A stretch of DNA of 64,000 bases from a bacterium (GCA_021831595.1 JAKBMK010000020.1:2801-66800), one strand, 5' to 3'. Counted from the first letter of the stretch, positions 37,401 through 45,419 are shown. Notes: a model not told the origin generated them from the sequence alone. Numbers and translations: made by a program.

Positions 37401-39049
37401 ACAGGTATGGCAACGTAGGTATTGGGACAACAAGCCCGGGAGAAAAGTTGCATATATATCAAGCTTCAGGAGAGCCTCATTTAGCATTAGAATCTGGCGA
37501 TTCAAACGCAGGAATATATATTAAAGCAGCAGCTGCAGCGTTTCCTTATATTAGATTTTATCAGGGTGGAGTAGGAAAATTTGAAATGGGAAAAGTTGCT
37601 TCGAATGGAAATTTTTACTTCAACAATACAACAGCATCTGGAGAAACAAATGCAACGATGGTAATTTCATCTGGTGGCAACGTCGGAATTGGAACAACGA
37701 GTCCGGATTATAAACTAACCGTAAATAGTTCAGGGAATACAAGTTCAGCTGCAAGTGCGTTGCATGGTCAATATTATGGACCGATGATTTCTACTGGACA
37801 AACAAGTTCGAGTTATTATGCTTTGAATATTACCAATAATGCATCAAGTCCAGGAACAGGAAATTCAATTTTTTATGTAAGAGCTGATGGTAATATTGGT
37901 ATCGGAACGACAAATCCTAGAGCAAGTTTAGAAATTGCTGGTGGTATTAGGGTGGCTGATGGTGTATACGGCGTTTCAAATAGTGCTGGTAATCAAATAT
38001 TAGCATCGTCGAGTGGCAGTAATTATCTATATAGCAGAACTTCTGGCAACCTTATAATCAGAAATGGTGCGGATTCAGCTGAGTTGTTAAGAATTACAGA
38101 TTCCGGTAACGTTGGGATTGGTACAACCAGCCCAAATCAGAAATTGGAAGTCAGTGGCACGATTAGACAAAGTGGTTGTACTACAGCGGGAACGATATCG
38201 GTCAATGCATCAGGAGATATTATATGTACTCCTTCATCAATCAGTTTCAAGAATACTAGAGAAGATTTAGAAGTAGGCTTGCAGACTTTGATACAACTAA
38301 AGCCAGTATCGTACAAATTCAATGACAATATGGATATGGGCGAGAAGACTCACTTCGGATTCATTTCAGAAGAAGTCGACTATGTTCTCCCTGAGCTTGC
38401 AACTCATGATAAAGACGGCAAGCCTTATGGCCTTGATACCAATGCGATTCTTGCGGTGACAGTAAACGCTGTGAAGGAGCTCAATACCAAAGTCGAAGAA
38501 ATGAATTTGAAGATTTCTGACTTGTCATCACTCGACACTACGAAGGCCACTTCACTCGGAAGTTTGATAAAGACTTTCCTAGCAGATGAATACAACAGAG
38601 TCGAAAAGATATTTGCCAAGACTGTCGTCACCGAAGGCCTCGAGATGAAAGATAGCGCAACAGGCGAGACATATTGCGTAATGGTCACAAATGGGGAAAT
38701 AAACAAAGTGAAAGGGAAGTGTGGCGAGCCTATTGTCGCTCCAGCTTCACAAGCAGCTTCGCCTGTAGTTTCTACTCTTCCTACTCCTAGTTGTACTGAC
38801 GGCATAATGAATCAAGACGAGACGGGGATAGATACGGGTGGTATATGCGATGTCCCAGTACTTGCGGATATGACTGCATACGATAATGCTCTTGCTGCAA
38901 AAGTTGAAGCGGACTATACGACAGATAGTTGGGCTCTCTACAAAGCAGTTCTCGATGCCAACATCGTCACAAATACTAATACTCAAGTCGAAGTCGACAC
39001 CGCCGTTGCCAACATCACCTCCGCCCAGGGAAGTCTAATTCCAAATTAA
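31424..39049 (+). CDS. giant fibre-like surface protein: about 25 GNVGIGTTSP repeats, CBM4_9-like insert, Peptidase_S74-like intramolecular chaperone domain, FIVAR-like C-terminus
   Basis: 2541 aa; this frame is open from 31286, overlapping the upstream ORF by 15 nt. Repeat starts G-N-V-G-I-G-T-T-S-P-x-x-K-L-[DE]-V. CBM at roughly nt 35300-35730 (NSSFE...GKTYKITYYAKS...FRVDNISV). S74-like at roughly 38230-38530 (LQTLIQLKPVSYKFND...FGFISEEVDYVLPELA...GLDTNAILAVTVNAVKELN). FIVAR-like at roughly 38870-39040. Confidence 0.8.
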   Translation: MIIRQNGNVGIGISAPANTLQVGGLVSWGSASSRYGILDYATGKAMLYGTSGNALSLGANGTGDYLYITTAGLVGIGTVSPTQIMHIYGTSIRPQIESTANGGYSSLRFVGKNSAGTARVFEVGLNITADDVWQITDGSSTFVNVNTSGNVGIGTAAPSTKLEVVGTALIGNLANTISTPSVRFSGVGIYHPDTNYYGDYAGLLLNASSAWTGSAKRFLITNALNANKFAIIRSVDSSTDPALGTAGAVSSGTADFVIDASGNIGIGTTSPSHKLTVTGGNLAVENGNMYLASGYPLYFDYGITNDYSIAKSGTVLQLNTAGSFAMMGGNVGIGTTSPSTNLEIYGSSPILKVTQNPGVAGGGTIALTAAGVGSDTNAATLNLYNGSLWSRTDGSGIRFGSADKTSTWGILGSNVGVGTTNPTERLDVVGNAKISSTLLLEGQYVDFYNTNPTFRVVTGPGTFLIGDDDNVSLSSGRFFVKNNGNIGIGTTSPQNKLQIANGGIYLTSDNFDTDGIHQPLAWNPSSSNLQQSIIGSVNSDYADTSSTGGTLGIRIGANGGLYEGVPGYMNAGMQALIYGNGGDGAKGGGYLQFLTKDNTTSYSANGDVRMTINPIGNVGIGTTTPVSLLGLTHGKITVGQGANDKAELQGGTGFGALLRLYEGSGGTETVRLDAGGGGGTSWITSGNVGIGTTSPDNKLSVVAGGAAGGFSQGLSIITGNNSYTTGHGGMLQFQNEDVVTAGIRGVREDSWKSGLSFYTHSSGVGNTFDSTFLERMRIDGNGNVGIGTTGALTKLDVNGVIGKRHTVAGTVASPSVEGALQFVTGDTSTLLDVGMFFVNEFFNNNAAYMAFKTRDADTTIRTAMTIYKNGNVGIGTTSPSQKLQVAGNIALDAELTERFIRIAGSYGGAIRFRGNASAVDDRSLQFGTMDGNNLFTPRMIVDTNSGNVGIGTVTPAKTLEVNGDIMASSSGKIGFRYSGADNNFYSYIEGYPAGGALTLAGGLWTSSATQKAITFKTQGVADAMSILNNGNVGIGTTSPQTKLSVSNGGSQNIEIDPGFIQSFNRTTPGYAALPFYGSNFSFNVGNVGIGTTNPTYPLEIKSAVGAGALALVGRDADNVSSFEFLNSGKTSSAYIQGNGSWIRSRADGGFHFSKGSTPIVTGTDFTIEGLNVGIGTTSPNAKLDVAGIIRSNASNVGTLNLGSDSFSSTYTTAQIIGSTSPSYTSTGKLSFKVLTWGVNTDYGLTEQMYIDVPGADSKAATIVMAPYGGNVGIGTTSPQYSLHSPGSASFGLGSELLLNNSSFESDTSSPPSSWSNLGNTTGTAVVDGSAPSGNNVAEVVATGSGTIGYNAFKTASPLVLGKTYKITYYAKSISGGTTISLGIQATVDYQYNQAISTSWSQYSVTHTGTINPMTIGFSSASGAATFRVDNISVKEVNNLYVGTNGSVGIGSTSPISVLEVKSAAPILTINGTDNSQFKGINFATLGSVQASLLSNIATGELKLQSGTSGFGGFMTFNLDGSERMRIQATTGNVGIGTTAPGAKFETSSVSSGLVWNGILRNDYNANATNYGVGLKLKVSSDGVPNEINKWVGLAAVAGSTYSNRTDLALYTSASSATDPTEKMRIDGNGNVGIGTQTPGAKLDVIGNIYLSSANPYGGSSVYNVQKEQNVSSASVAGAGWYRVAQLGDVRGQNTVTIYTTGGSYAPQSTTIRWWHDWSAQGGLNVISEFGSSFWSQARVTSDGITNSYLEVYFNQAMAGGVYLSMQYDGGFAKGSLYSGSLPVGGDTVRMTTTTGLLSVGDKLTINNSGNVGIGITSPSQKLDVNGILKIEGQASSTFNSTSQGISFFAGNDNYKIGFDSQAGSRGYIRYNVDTNDSVHGHIFSAGASGSQTDLMTILGNGNVGIGTANPGTKLDIQGAINTSPVSIAQSGAANNTFGDYIGLDFKMSNEMSQYTGNPAARISAYLEGGSNGYGLDFWTKLDAANFSKAMRINRYGNVGIGTTSPGEKLHIYQASGEPHLALESGDSNAGIYIKAAAAAFPYIRFYQGGVGKFEMGKVASNGNFYFNNTTASGETNATMVISSGGNVGIGTTSPDYKLTVNSSGNTSSAASALHGQYYGPMISTGQTSSSYYALNITNNASSPGTGNSIFYVRADGNIGIGTTNPRASLEIAGGIRVADGVYGVSNSAGNQILASSSGSNYLYSRTSGNLIIRNGADSAELLRITDSGNVGIGTTSPNQKLEVSGTIRQSGCTTAGTISVNASGDIICTPSSISFKNTREDLEVGLQTLIQLKPVSYKFNDNMDMGEKTHFGFISEEVDYVLPELATHDKDGKPYGLDTNAILAVTVNAVKELNTKVEEMNLKISDLSSLDTTKATSLGSLIKTFLADEYNRVEKIFAKTVVTEGLEMKDSATGETYCVMVTNGEINKVKGKCGEPIVAPASQAASPVVSTLPTPSCTDGIMNQDETGIDTGGICDVPVLADMTAYDNALAAKVEADYTTDSWALYKAVLDANIVTNTNTQVEVDTAVANITSAQGSLIPN

Positions 39050-39068
39050 ATTAATTAAAAATTAAGTC

Positions 39069-39100
39069 AGGACAAACTCTGCACCTGCAGAGTTTGTCCT
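39069..39100. repeat. palindromic hairpin AGGACAAACTCTGCA-cc-TGCAGAGTTTGTCCT, copy 1
   Basis: perfect 15-bp arms; 33 of 34 nt identical to copy 2; lies between the giant gene stop and the PaaX-like gene. Confidence 0.8.
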
Positions 39101-39128
39101 AGATAAAATTTGGGTATATAATATTTGT

Positions 39129-39608
39129 ATGTCTATTGTAAGAGAAATATTAGATGAACTTTGGAATACAGAATACAATTACAAGGGAGTAAGGGTAAAT
39201 ATTTTTGGTATTCCGCGATTTAAAAAATATTCTGATAGTAGTTTACAACGAACGATAAATCGTTTAAAAGAGAAAGGAATAATAGAAAAAGAATTATCTG
39301 GAATTGTGCTTTCTAAATATGGTAAAAAATATTATCAGAAAAAGTTTGATTCTCTAAAACAATTTGAAAGACCCAAGAATCAACCCAAAGAGCGGAAACT
39401 CTTGGTAATGTTTGATGTTCCAACAGAAAAGAAGGGCGAGAGGGAATGGCTCCGCTGGCATTTAAAGAAATTCGATTATATTATGATTCAGCAAAGTGTC
39501 TGGGTTGGCCCATCACCACTACCTAAGGAATTTACTGAGTATTTAAAGAGTATAAAGCTGGATAGATGTATTAAGACTTTCAAACTAGAAAAACCATATT
39601 TTATTTAA
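39129..39608 (+). CDS. PaaX-like transcriptional regulator (wHTH plus PaaX_C-like domain)
   Basis: 159 aa; C-terminal KLLVMFDVPTEKKGEREWLRWHLKKFDYIMIQQSVWVGP matches the PaaX_C pattern (W..D.PE...R..LR..L...GF..L..SVW..P). Confidence 0.55.
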   Translation: MSIVREILDELWNTEYNYKGVRVNIFGIPRFKKYSDSSLQRTINRLKEKGIIEKELSGIVLSKYGKKYYQKKFDSLKQFERPKNQPKERKLLVMFDVPTEKKGEREWLRWHLKKFDYIMIQQSVWVGPSPLPKEFTEYLKSIKLDRCIKTFKLEKPYFI

Positions 39609-39630
39609 TATATTGTATTATATATAAAAT

Positions 39631-39664
39631 CAGGACAAATTCTGCACCTGCAGAGTTTGTCCTG
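39631..39664. repeat. palindromic hairpin CAGGACAAATTCTGCA-cc-TGCAGAGTTTGTCCTG, copy 2
   Basis: 16-bp arms with one T:G wobble; lies between the convergent PaaX-like genes. Confidence 0.8.
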
Positions 39665-39685
39665 ATTAATATTTATATATTAATG

Positions 39686-40207
39686 TTATTTGCACAGTTC
39701 GAAAAATTCTTTTTCGGTGGATTCGTCGATTTTATCAGTGACGATGATGATGAGTTCGGTAGAAAGATTTAAATCTTTTTTGATATTTGTAAAGAGATGC
39801 TCAAAAGGATATACAGATATCCAAACAGAATTTTTGAGGCAAGTGAATCCTGCTTTTTTGAGTAAGTAGCGAAGAGCTTCACGCTCACTCTTTCTTTCTT
39901 CTGGCATATCGAGAAGTATTATTCTCCAAAATCCATCCCAAGTATTACTTACTATGGCATTATCGCACTCAAGCTTGAGACTGTTGGCCTTCTTCTTGCC
40001 TTCTTTTGTAAGTTTGGCGTATTTATTCTGGCCAGAGTCCACACTTTCTATGAGTCCTGCGTCTTTTAGACCCTTTATAGAGCGATTTAGAGCATACTGG
40101 CTATCCTTATCTAGGGCAATCTTGTCTTCTAGTTCAGAGACGGAAACAGCCGGTCTTTCGGACAGGATTTTGATAATTTTCTTTGAAAAATCACGCTTTT
40201 TTAACAT
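39686..40207 (-). CDS. PaaX-like transcriptional regulator (paralog), divergent from dnaK
   Basis: 173 aa; N-terminal wHTH; C-terminal WDGFWRIILLDMPEERKSEREALRYLLKKAGFTCLKNSVWISVYP. Confidence 0.6.
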   Translation of the reverse strand: MLKKRDFSKKIIKILSERPAVSVSELEDKIALDKDSQYALNRSIKGLKDAGLIESVDSGQNKYAKLTKEGKKKANSLKLECDNAIVSNTWDGFWRIILLDMPEERKSEREALRYLLKKAGFTCLKNSVWISVYPFEHLFTNIKKDLNLSTELIIIVTDKIDESTEKEFFELCK

Positions 40208-40208
40208 G

Positions 40209-40308
40209 TTGACATTATATCATAGGTGATTATAATATTCAACAAGTATTTTGCGGTCGCTAAATACTTGTCAAAAAATAAGTGTGAGTGTATACTGGGA
40301 GTGTGAGT
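40209..40308 (+). promoter_or_regulatory. dnaK control region: two tandem sigma70-like promoters plus inverted and direct repeats
   Basis: P1 is TTGACA(40209-14)-16-TATAAT(40231-36). P2 is TTGTCA(40268-73)-17-TATACT(40291-96). IR ACAAGTATTT-N10-AAATACTTGT (40242-40271) overlaps the P2 -35. Direct repeats AGTGTGAGT at 40281-89 and 40300-08 flank the P2 -10. Confidence 0.45.
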
Positions 40309-40352
40309 AAATTTTATTATCAAAAATTATTAGTTAATTATTTAAAATAAAT

Positions 40353-42248
40353 ATGAGTAAAATAATAGGTATAGATTTGGGTACAACAAACAGTGCAGTT
40401 GCCATCATAGAAGGTGGACAACCAAAAATTATTGAGAATATCGAAGGAGCACGTACAACTCCATCAGTAGTTGCCATCACAAAGAATGGTGATAGAATGG
40501 TGGGTCTTCTTGCCAAGCGTCAGGCAGTGACAAATCCGGAGAATACCGTATATGGTATCAAGAGATTCATTGGCCACATGTATGATGATCCTGAAATACA
40601 AAAAGACGAGAAAACAATTCCTTACAAAATTCAAAAAGGAAGTACAGGAGGAGTAGAAACTAAAATCGGAGATGGTTGGCTTCGTCCAGAAGAAATTTCT
40701 GCGATGATATTAAGTAAAATTAAAGCTGATGTCGAAGCAAAACTCGGTGAGAAAATTACTGAAGCGGTTATTACTGTGCCAGCTTACTTCAACGATGCAC
40801 AAAGAAAAGCTACGAAAGATGCTGGAATTATCGCTGGACTTGATGTGAAGAGAATTATCAATGAGCCTACAGCCGCAGCTCTCGCTTATGGATTTAATAC
40901 AAAGAAGAATGAGAAAATAGTTGTTTATGACTTTGGGGGTGGAACGTTTGATGTTTCAGTTCTTGAGGTTGGAGATGATGTTATCGAAGTAAAGTCTACA
41001 GACGGAGACTCACACATGGGAGGTGAAGATATAGATCAAAAGATTGTGAAGTGGATTGCTGATGAATACAAGAAAGAGTCTGGTATTGATGTCACGAAAG
41101 ATATGCTTGCACTACAACGCTTAAAAGAAGCTGCTGAGAAGACAAAGCACGAACTTTCAACTACTACTGATTCAGAAATAAATATTCCATTCATCACTTC
41201 TGATGCTTCAGGGCCAAAGCACTTACTCCTAAAGATGTCTCGTGCTGTTCTCGAATCTCTAGCTGAAGAATATGTTACTCGTTCTATAGAGATCACAAAG
41301 CGTGCTATTGAAGCTTCACCATTTAAGATGGGAGAAATAAATGAAATAATTCTCGTTGGTGGACAGACAAGAATGCCAATGATTGTAGAAGCAGTAAAGA
41401 AATTATTTGGCAAGGAACCAAATCGTTCTATCAATCCAGATGAAGTTGTCGCTCTCGGTGCTGCTGTTCAGGCTGGAGTATTGCAAGGAGATGTACGTGA
41501 TGTTCTTCTTCTAGACGTTATTCCTCTATCTCTTGGTATTGAAACATTGGGAGGAGTTTCTACAAAACTTATAGATAGAAATACAACAATTCCTTCTTCA
41601 AAGTCCCAAATATTCTCAACTGCTGCAGATAATCAGACAAGTGTAGAAATCCACATAACTCAAGGTGAACGTCCAATGGCAAGTGACAACAAGAGTTTGG
41701 GCCGATTTATTCTAGATGGTATTCCACCTGCACCAAGAGGTATTCCTCAAGTAGAAGTTACTTTTGATGTGGATGCAAACGGAATTCTAAATGTGAAGGC
41801 TATGGATAAGGCTTCAGGTAAGGTTCAATCTATACGTATTGAAGCTTCATCAGGCCTCACAGATGCTGAAATAAAGAGAATGCAAGATGATGCAGCAGCT
41901 CATGCCGCTGAAGATGCCAAGAAAAAGGAACTTGCAGATGTGAAGAATACTGCCGAAATGATGATCTTCACAGCAGAGAAATCTGTGAAAGATTATGGAG
42001 ATAAAGTAGACGCTGCTATTAAGACAGAGGTAGAAGCCAAAATAGCCCTACTTCGAACAGCAAAAGATGGATCTGGTATGGAGGCTATTAAAAAAGCGAC
42101 AGAAGATCTTTCAGCTGAAATGTCTAAAATAGGTGAAGCTATGAGTAAAGCAGGTACAGGACCAACCGAAGGTACCAATCCTACACCTGAGGCTCAAGAA
42201 CCAGAAATAAAAGACGCAGAAGTAAATGAGAACCCAGAAACTAAGTAA
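40353..42248 (+). CDS. dnaK: molecular chaperone DnaK (Hsp70)
   Basis: [18 protein letters not shown], full-length Hsp70. Confidence 0.97.
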   Translation: MSKIIGIDLGTTNSAVAIIEGGQPKIIENIEGARTTPSVVAITKNGDRMVGLLAKRQAVTNPENTVYGIKRFIGHMYDDPEIQKDEKTIPYKIQKGSTGGVETKIGDGWLRPEEISAMILSKIKADVEAKLGEKITEAVITVPAYFNDAQRKATKDAGIIAGLDVKRIINEPTAAALAYGFNTKKNEKIVVYDFGGGTFDVSVLEVGDDVIEVKSTDGDSHMGGEDIDQKIVKWIADEYKKESGIDVTKDMLALQRLKEAAEKTKHELSTTTDSEINIPFITSDASGPKHLLLKMSRAVLESLAEEYVTRSIEITKRAIEASPFKMGEINEIILVGGQTRMPMIVEAVKKLFGKEPNRSINPDEVVALGAAVQAGVLQGDVRDVLLLDVIPLSLGIETLGGVSTKLIDRNTTIPSSKSQIFSTAADNQTSVEIHITQGERPMASDNKSLGRFILDGIPPAPRGIPQVEVTFDVDANGILNVKAMDKASGKVQSIRIEASSGLTDAEIKRMQDDAAAHAAEDAKKKELADVKNTAEMMIFTAEKSVKDYGDKVDAAIKTEVEAKIALLRTAKDGSGMEAIKKATEDLSAEMSKIGEAMSKAGTGPTEGTNPTPEAQEPEIKDAEVNENPETK

Positions 42249-42261
42249 AGTTTAAAGCTAC

Positions 42262-42367
42262 AACGGCGCAATATATTAAAATTTTACTCGCTTATCCCTC
42301 TCCGCAAGTATTAACTTGCTCCGGCGCGCCCACACCTACTCGTAAAATTTTAATATATTGCGCCGTT
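42262..42367. repeat. perfect 26-bp inverted repeat with 54-bp GC-rich spacer between dnaK and dnaJ
   Basis: AACGGCGCAATATATTAAAATTTTAC (42262-87) and its exact reverse complement (42342-67); the spacer holds nested palindromes GCAAGTattaACTTGC and GGCGCGCC. Confidence 0.8.
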
Positions 42368-42385
42368 TATGCTACTATAAAAATT

Positions 42386-43471
42386 ATGCCCAAAGATTAT
42401 TACAAAATATTAGGAGTAGACAAGAAAGCTTCAAAGGAAGAAATAAAAAAAGCTTTTCATAAACTAGCTCATGCTCATCATCCAGACAAGAATAATGGTG
42501 ATGACAAAAAGTTTAAAGAAGTGAATGAAGCTTATCAAGTTCTTTCTGATGACAAGAAGAGGGCTTCTTATGATCAATTCGGTAGTGCTGACGGGCCACA
42601 AGGCTTTGGTGGTGGAGGATTCGGAGGCCAGGGAGGATTTGGCGGATTTGATTTCAGAAATGGACAGGGAGGAATGGAATTCGATATGGGCGACCTAGGA
42701 GAAATCTTTGGTGACTTTTTTGGAGGTGGAAGAACTAAAAGTAAATCTAGAAAAGGTAGAGATGTACATACAGAAATTTATTTATCTTTTGAAGAAGCTG
42801 TTTTTGGAGTTGAGAAAAAGATAAATTTAAATAAACAATCTATTTGTAGTGTGTGTGGTGGAACAGGTGCCAAGGTTGGTACAAAAATGGATAATTGTAA
42901 GACTTGTAATGGCCAAGGTCAAATAAGAGAAATTCGTCGTTCAATACTAGGCAATTTTGAATCTGTAAAGACTTGTGAGACTTGTTTTGGAAGTGGTAAA
43001 GTTCCAACGCAGAAATGTAGTGAGTGTCGCGGCGCTGGGGTTGTAAAAAAGAATGAAGAAATAACCATAAAAATACCATCAGGTATAAATAATGGAGAAA
43101 CTTTACGTGTGCGTGACCAAGGAGAAGCTATTCAAGGAGCTTCTGCTGGGGATCTGTACATAAAGATGAATGTCAAAAACCATACGGTCTTTACTCGTGA
43201 AGATGCAAATTTATTGATGGATTTGAAGATAAAACTCACAGACTCACTCTTAGGGTTTAATTATAATTTGAAAACCTTGGATGGACATAACATAGAAGTG
43301 AAGATTCCAGAAGGAATAAATAACGGCGAAATGCTTCGTGTTCGAGGTAAAGGTGTGCCCGTCGGCGGAGGAAGAGGAGATATAATCATCAAGATTCATG
43401 TAGATATACCTAAGAAACTTTCTCGCAAAACAAAAGAAATAATAGAAGAGCTCAAGAAAGAAGGGTTGTAA
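42386..43471 (+). CDS. dnaJ: molecular chaperone DnaJ
   Basis: J-domain with HPD, G/F-rich region, four CxxCxGxG zinc-finger repeats. Confidence 0.95.
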   Translation: MPKDYYKILGVDKKASKEEIKKAFHKLAHAHHPDKNNGDDKKFKEVNEAYQVLSDDKKRASYDQFGSADGPQGFGGGGFGGQGGFGGFDFRNGQGGMEFDMGDLGEIFGDFFGGGRTKSKSRKGRDVHTEIYLSFEEAVFGVEKKINLNKQSICSVCGGTGAKVGTKMDNCKTCNGQGQIREIRRSILGNFESVKTCETCFGSGKVPTQKCSECRGAGVVKKNEEITIKIPSGINNGETLRVRDQGEAIQGASAGDLYIKMNVKNHTVFTREDANLLMDLKIKLTDSLLGFNYNLKTLDGHNIEVKIPEGINNGEMLRVRGKGVPVGGGRGDIIIKIHVDIPKKLSRKTKEIIEELKKEGL

Positions 43472-43584
43472 AATCTTTACAAATCCCACAGATTTGCTAT
43501 TATTGTCAATATTATTATTTATTTATCAAGAGCCGAAGGTACTGAGAGATTTCTCGAAGTACAGATAATGCTTGATGTAAAGAA

Positions 43585-44961
43585 ATGACAAAACGTTCAA
43601 TCGCTTCTCGAAAACTTTGGAAGCTTGGTGTAAATGATTTTAATACTCAATATTTTGATTTCAACAAAGACGGTGATTTAATCGCCAAAGAAGGAAACAA
43701 TGTTTACAATATTCGCTATCTAGCTGAGAAGTTCGGAACTTCCCTTGAGATCCTTTTCCCATTCATTATCGAGGAACGAGTAGAAGACCTTCTTGACCTT
43801 TCGGCCTCTCTTATAAAAAAGCATAAATATCAGGGTAAATTCTATTATCACTATCCTATGAAGAGTAATCAGACCAAAGAGGTTGTTCAAGCTGTGGTAG
43901 GAGAAGGTGCAAATATTGAAACTGCTTCGTATAATGAATTGTACATAGTGAAGAAAATGCTCGAGCAAGAATCATTCAATGAGAAAATGAGAATTCTTTG
44001 TAATGGACCAAAGACGGATAAATATATAAATCTAATAGACGAACTTCAACATAGAGGTCTCAAAGTCATTCCTATCATAGAAGGACCTTCAGAACTTAGT
44101 ACATTCCAAAATTCCAAGTACGATGTTGGTATCAGACTCGATATCCCAGTAAAATCCAAAACTAATTGGAACAAGCAAATAGATAGATTTGGTTTCAGTA
44201 GAAATGAAATTTTGAAAATGTCATCATTTAAAAATTTGAAAGTTCTACATTACCGAATAGGTAAAATAGAAAAGCTCTCTGATTTGGTAGAAACTACAAA
44301 ATATGCTTTGAATGTTTATTTTAAATTAAAAGAGAAGAATCCATCTCTCGATACTCTCGATATTGGAGGAGGCATGCCTATTCCATTTGAAAGAAATAAA
44401 AAATATCCTGCTGATAAAATTCTCGAAAAGCTATTTGAATTATTGAAAAAGGAAGCTGAAAAGAGGGAAATGCCGCATCCAAATTTGATTTGTGAATGGG
44501 GAAGATACATGGTTGCCCCTGCGCAAATTACTATTTTTAAAGTTATAGATACCAAGAAAATATCTCACAAAGGAGTTGATGCAAAGAAATGGTATGTTAT
44601 TGATGGAAGTTTAATGAACGATCTCATTGATACTTGGGCTATAAATCAAAAATGGTTTGTTGCTCCTATAAACAATAAGTTAGACGGGGAATTGAATGAT
44701 GTTTGGATTTCTGGTTCTAGTTGTGATTCTGATGATATCTATACAGGTATAGGAGACTCTGTGACTCTACCAGACTATGATTATAGTCCAAATGAGCCTT
44801 TCTATGTAGTATTCTTTGATACTGGTGCATATCAAGACGCCTTGGCTTCACATCACTGCATGCTTTCTTCTCCTATTAAAATAATTGCAGAAAACGGACA
44901 TATAGTTGTTGCTAGAAAAAGAGAGACTCCAGAAGATGTTGGTAAAGAATTTGGTTGGTAA
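43585..44961 (+). CDS. PLP-dependent decarboxylase, biosynthetic arginine decarboxylase (SpeA)-like, compact
   Basis: YPMKSNQ PLP-lysine motif (compare SpeA FPIKVNQ), LDIGGG, CEWGR, GSSCDSDD (CDSxD). Confidence 0.55.
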   Translation: MTKRSIASRKLWKLGVNDFNTQYFDFNKDGDLIAKEGNNVYNIRYLAEKFGTSLEILFPFIIEERVEDLLDLSASLIKKHKYQGKFYYHYPMKSNQTKEVVQAVVGEGANIETASYNELYIVKKMLEQESFNEKMRILCNGPKTDKYINLIDELQHRGLKVIPIIEGPSELSTFQNSKYDVGIRLDIPVKSKTNWNKQIDRFGFSRNEILKMSSFKNLKVLHYRIGKIEKLSDLVETTKYALNVYFKLKEKNPSLDTLDIGGGMPIPFERNKKYPADKILEKLFELLKKEAEKREMPHPNLICEWGRYMVAPAQITIFKVIDTKKISHKGVDAKKWYVIDGSLMNDLIDTWAINQKWFVAPINNKLDGELNDVWISGSSCDSDDIYTGIGDSVTLPDYDYSPNEPFYVVFFDTGAYQDALASHHCMLSSPIKIIAENGHIVVARKRETPEDVGKEFGW

Positions 44962-45269
44962 ATATTATGATTTGGCTTTTATTGGGCGGATTTATATTAA
45001 CTATAGGAGATATTTTCTTTAAATTCTGGACTAAACACCCACATAATTGGATGTATCTTGTTGGTATCAGTATTTACATTATAGGATTAATGTTTTTAAT
45101 ACAGAGTTTTAAAAATACAAACATTGCGGTGGCTTCTGCTATCTTTGTGATTGCAAATATTGTTACTCTTGCTGTCGTTAGTTGGCTGTTTTTTCATGAA
45201 CCACTTTCATATCTGCAAATATTTGGAATCGTTTTGGCGATAATAGCTATCTTTATATTAGAAATATAA
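44955..45269 (+). CDS. small multidrug-resistance/EamA-like 4-TM transporter
   Basis: 104 aa, four TM helices, SMR-like size and topology. Confidence 0.5.
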   Translation: MVNIMIWLLLGGFILTIGDIFFKFWTKHPHNWMYLVGISIYIIGLMFLIQSFKNTNIAVASAIFVIANIVTLAVVSWLFFHEPLSYLQIFGIVLAIIAIFILEI

Positions 45270-45338
45270 TAAAAGGCTCGACTTGTTAATTTATATTATT
45301 TAAATTATAATACAAACATGTTAAAGAAGGGTAGTTAT

Positions 45339-45377
45339 ATGAATATAGCATGGTGGACAGCTCACATTTGTGGGTAG
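45339..45377 (+). CDS. candidate trp leader peptide MNIAWWTAHICG
   Basis: 12 codons with tandem TGG TGG at 45351-45356; 42 nt upstream of a terminator; precedes trpB. Confidence 0.45.
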   Translation: MNIAWWTAHICG

Positions 45378-45419
45378 TCTTCATTGTATTTATAATTATC
45401 TCTGAGTAATAAAAGACAA

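Noticed and set aside
31424-39049. The regular GNVGIGTTSP periodicity as a CRISPR-like or satellite array
   Set aside because: The repeats are in-frame protein modules of variable length (about 240-300 nt) with divergent spacing, not short identical direct repeats separated by unique spacers.
28419-39049. Prophage or phage remnant, suggested by the Peptidase_S74 tail-fibre chaperone domain
   Set aside because: There is no integrase, capsid, terminase or other phage gene in the neighbourhood. The domain sits inside a cellular-style giant surface protein and is flanked by housekeeping genes.
39129-40207. Cas2-like interpretation of the two small proteins after the fibre gene
   Set aside because: The C-terminal pattern fits PaaX_C, which is itself Cas2/VapD-like in fold. 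The N-terminal winged-HTH and the absence of cas1 or a CRISPR array argue for a transcription regulator.
40208-40352. CIRCE/HrcA operator upstream of dnaK
   Set aside because: No TTAGCACTC-N9-GAGTGCTAA-like inverted repeat is present; the repeats found are different (see findings).
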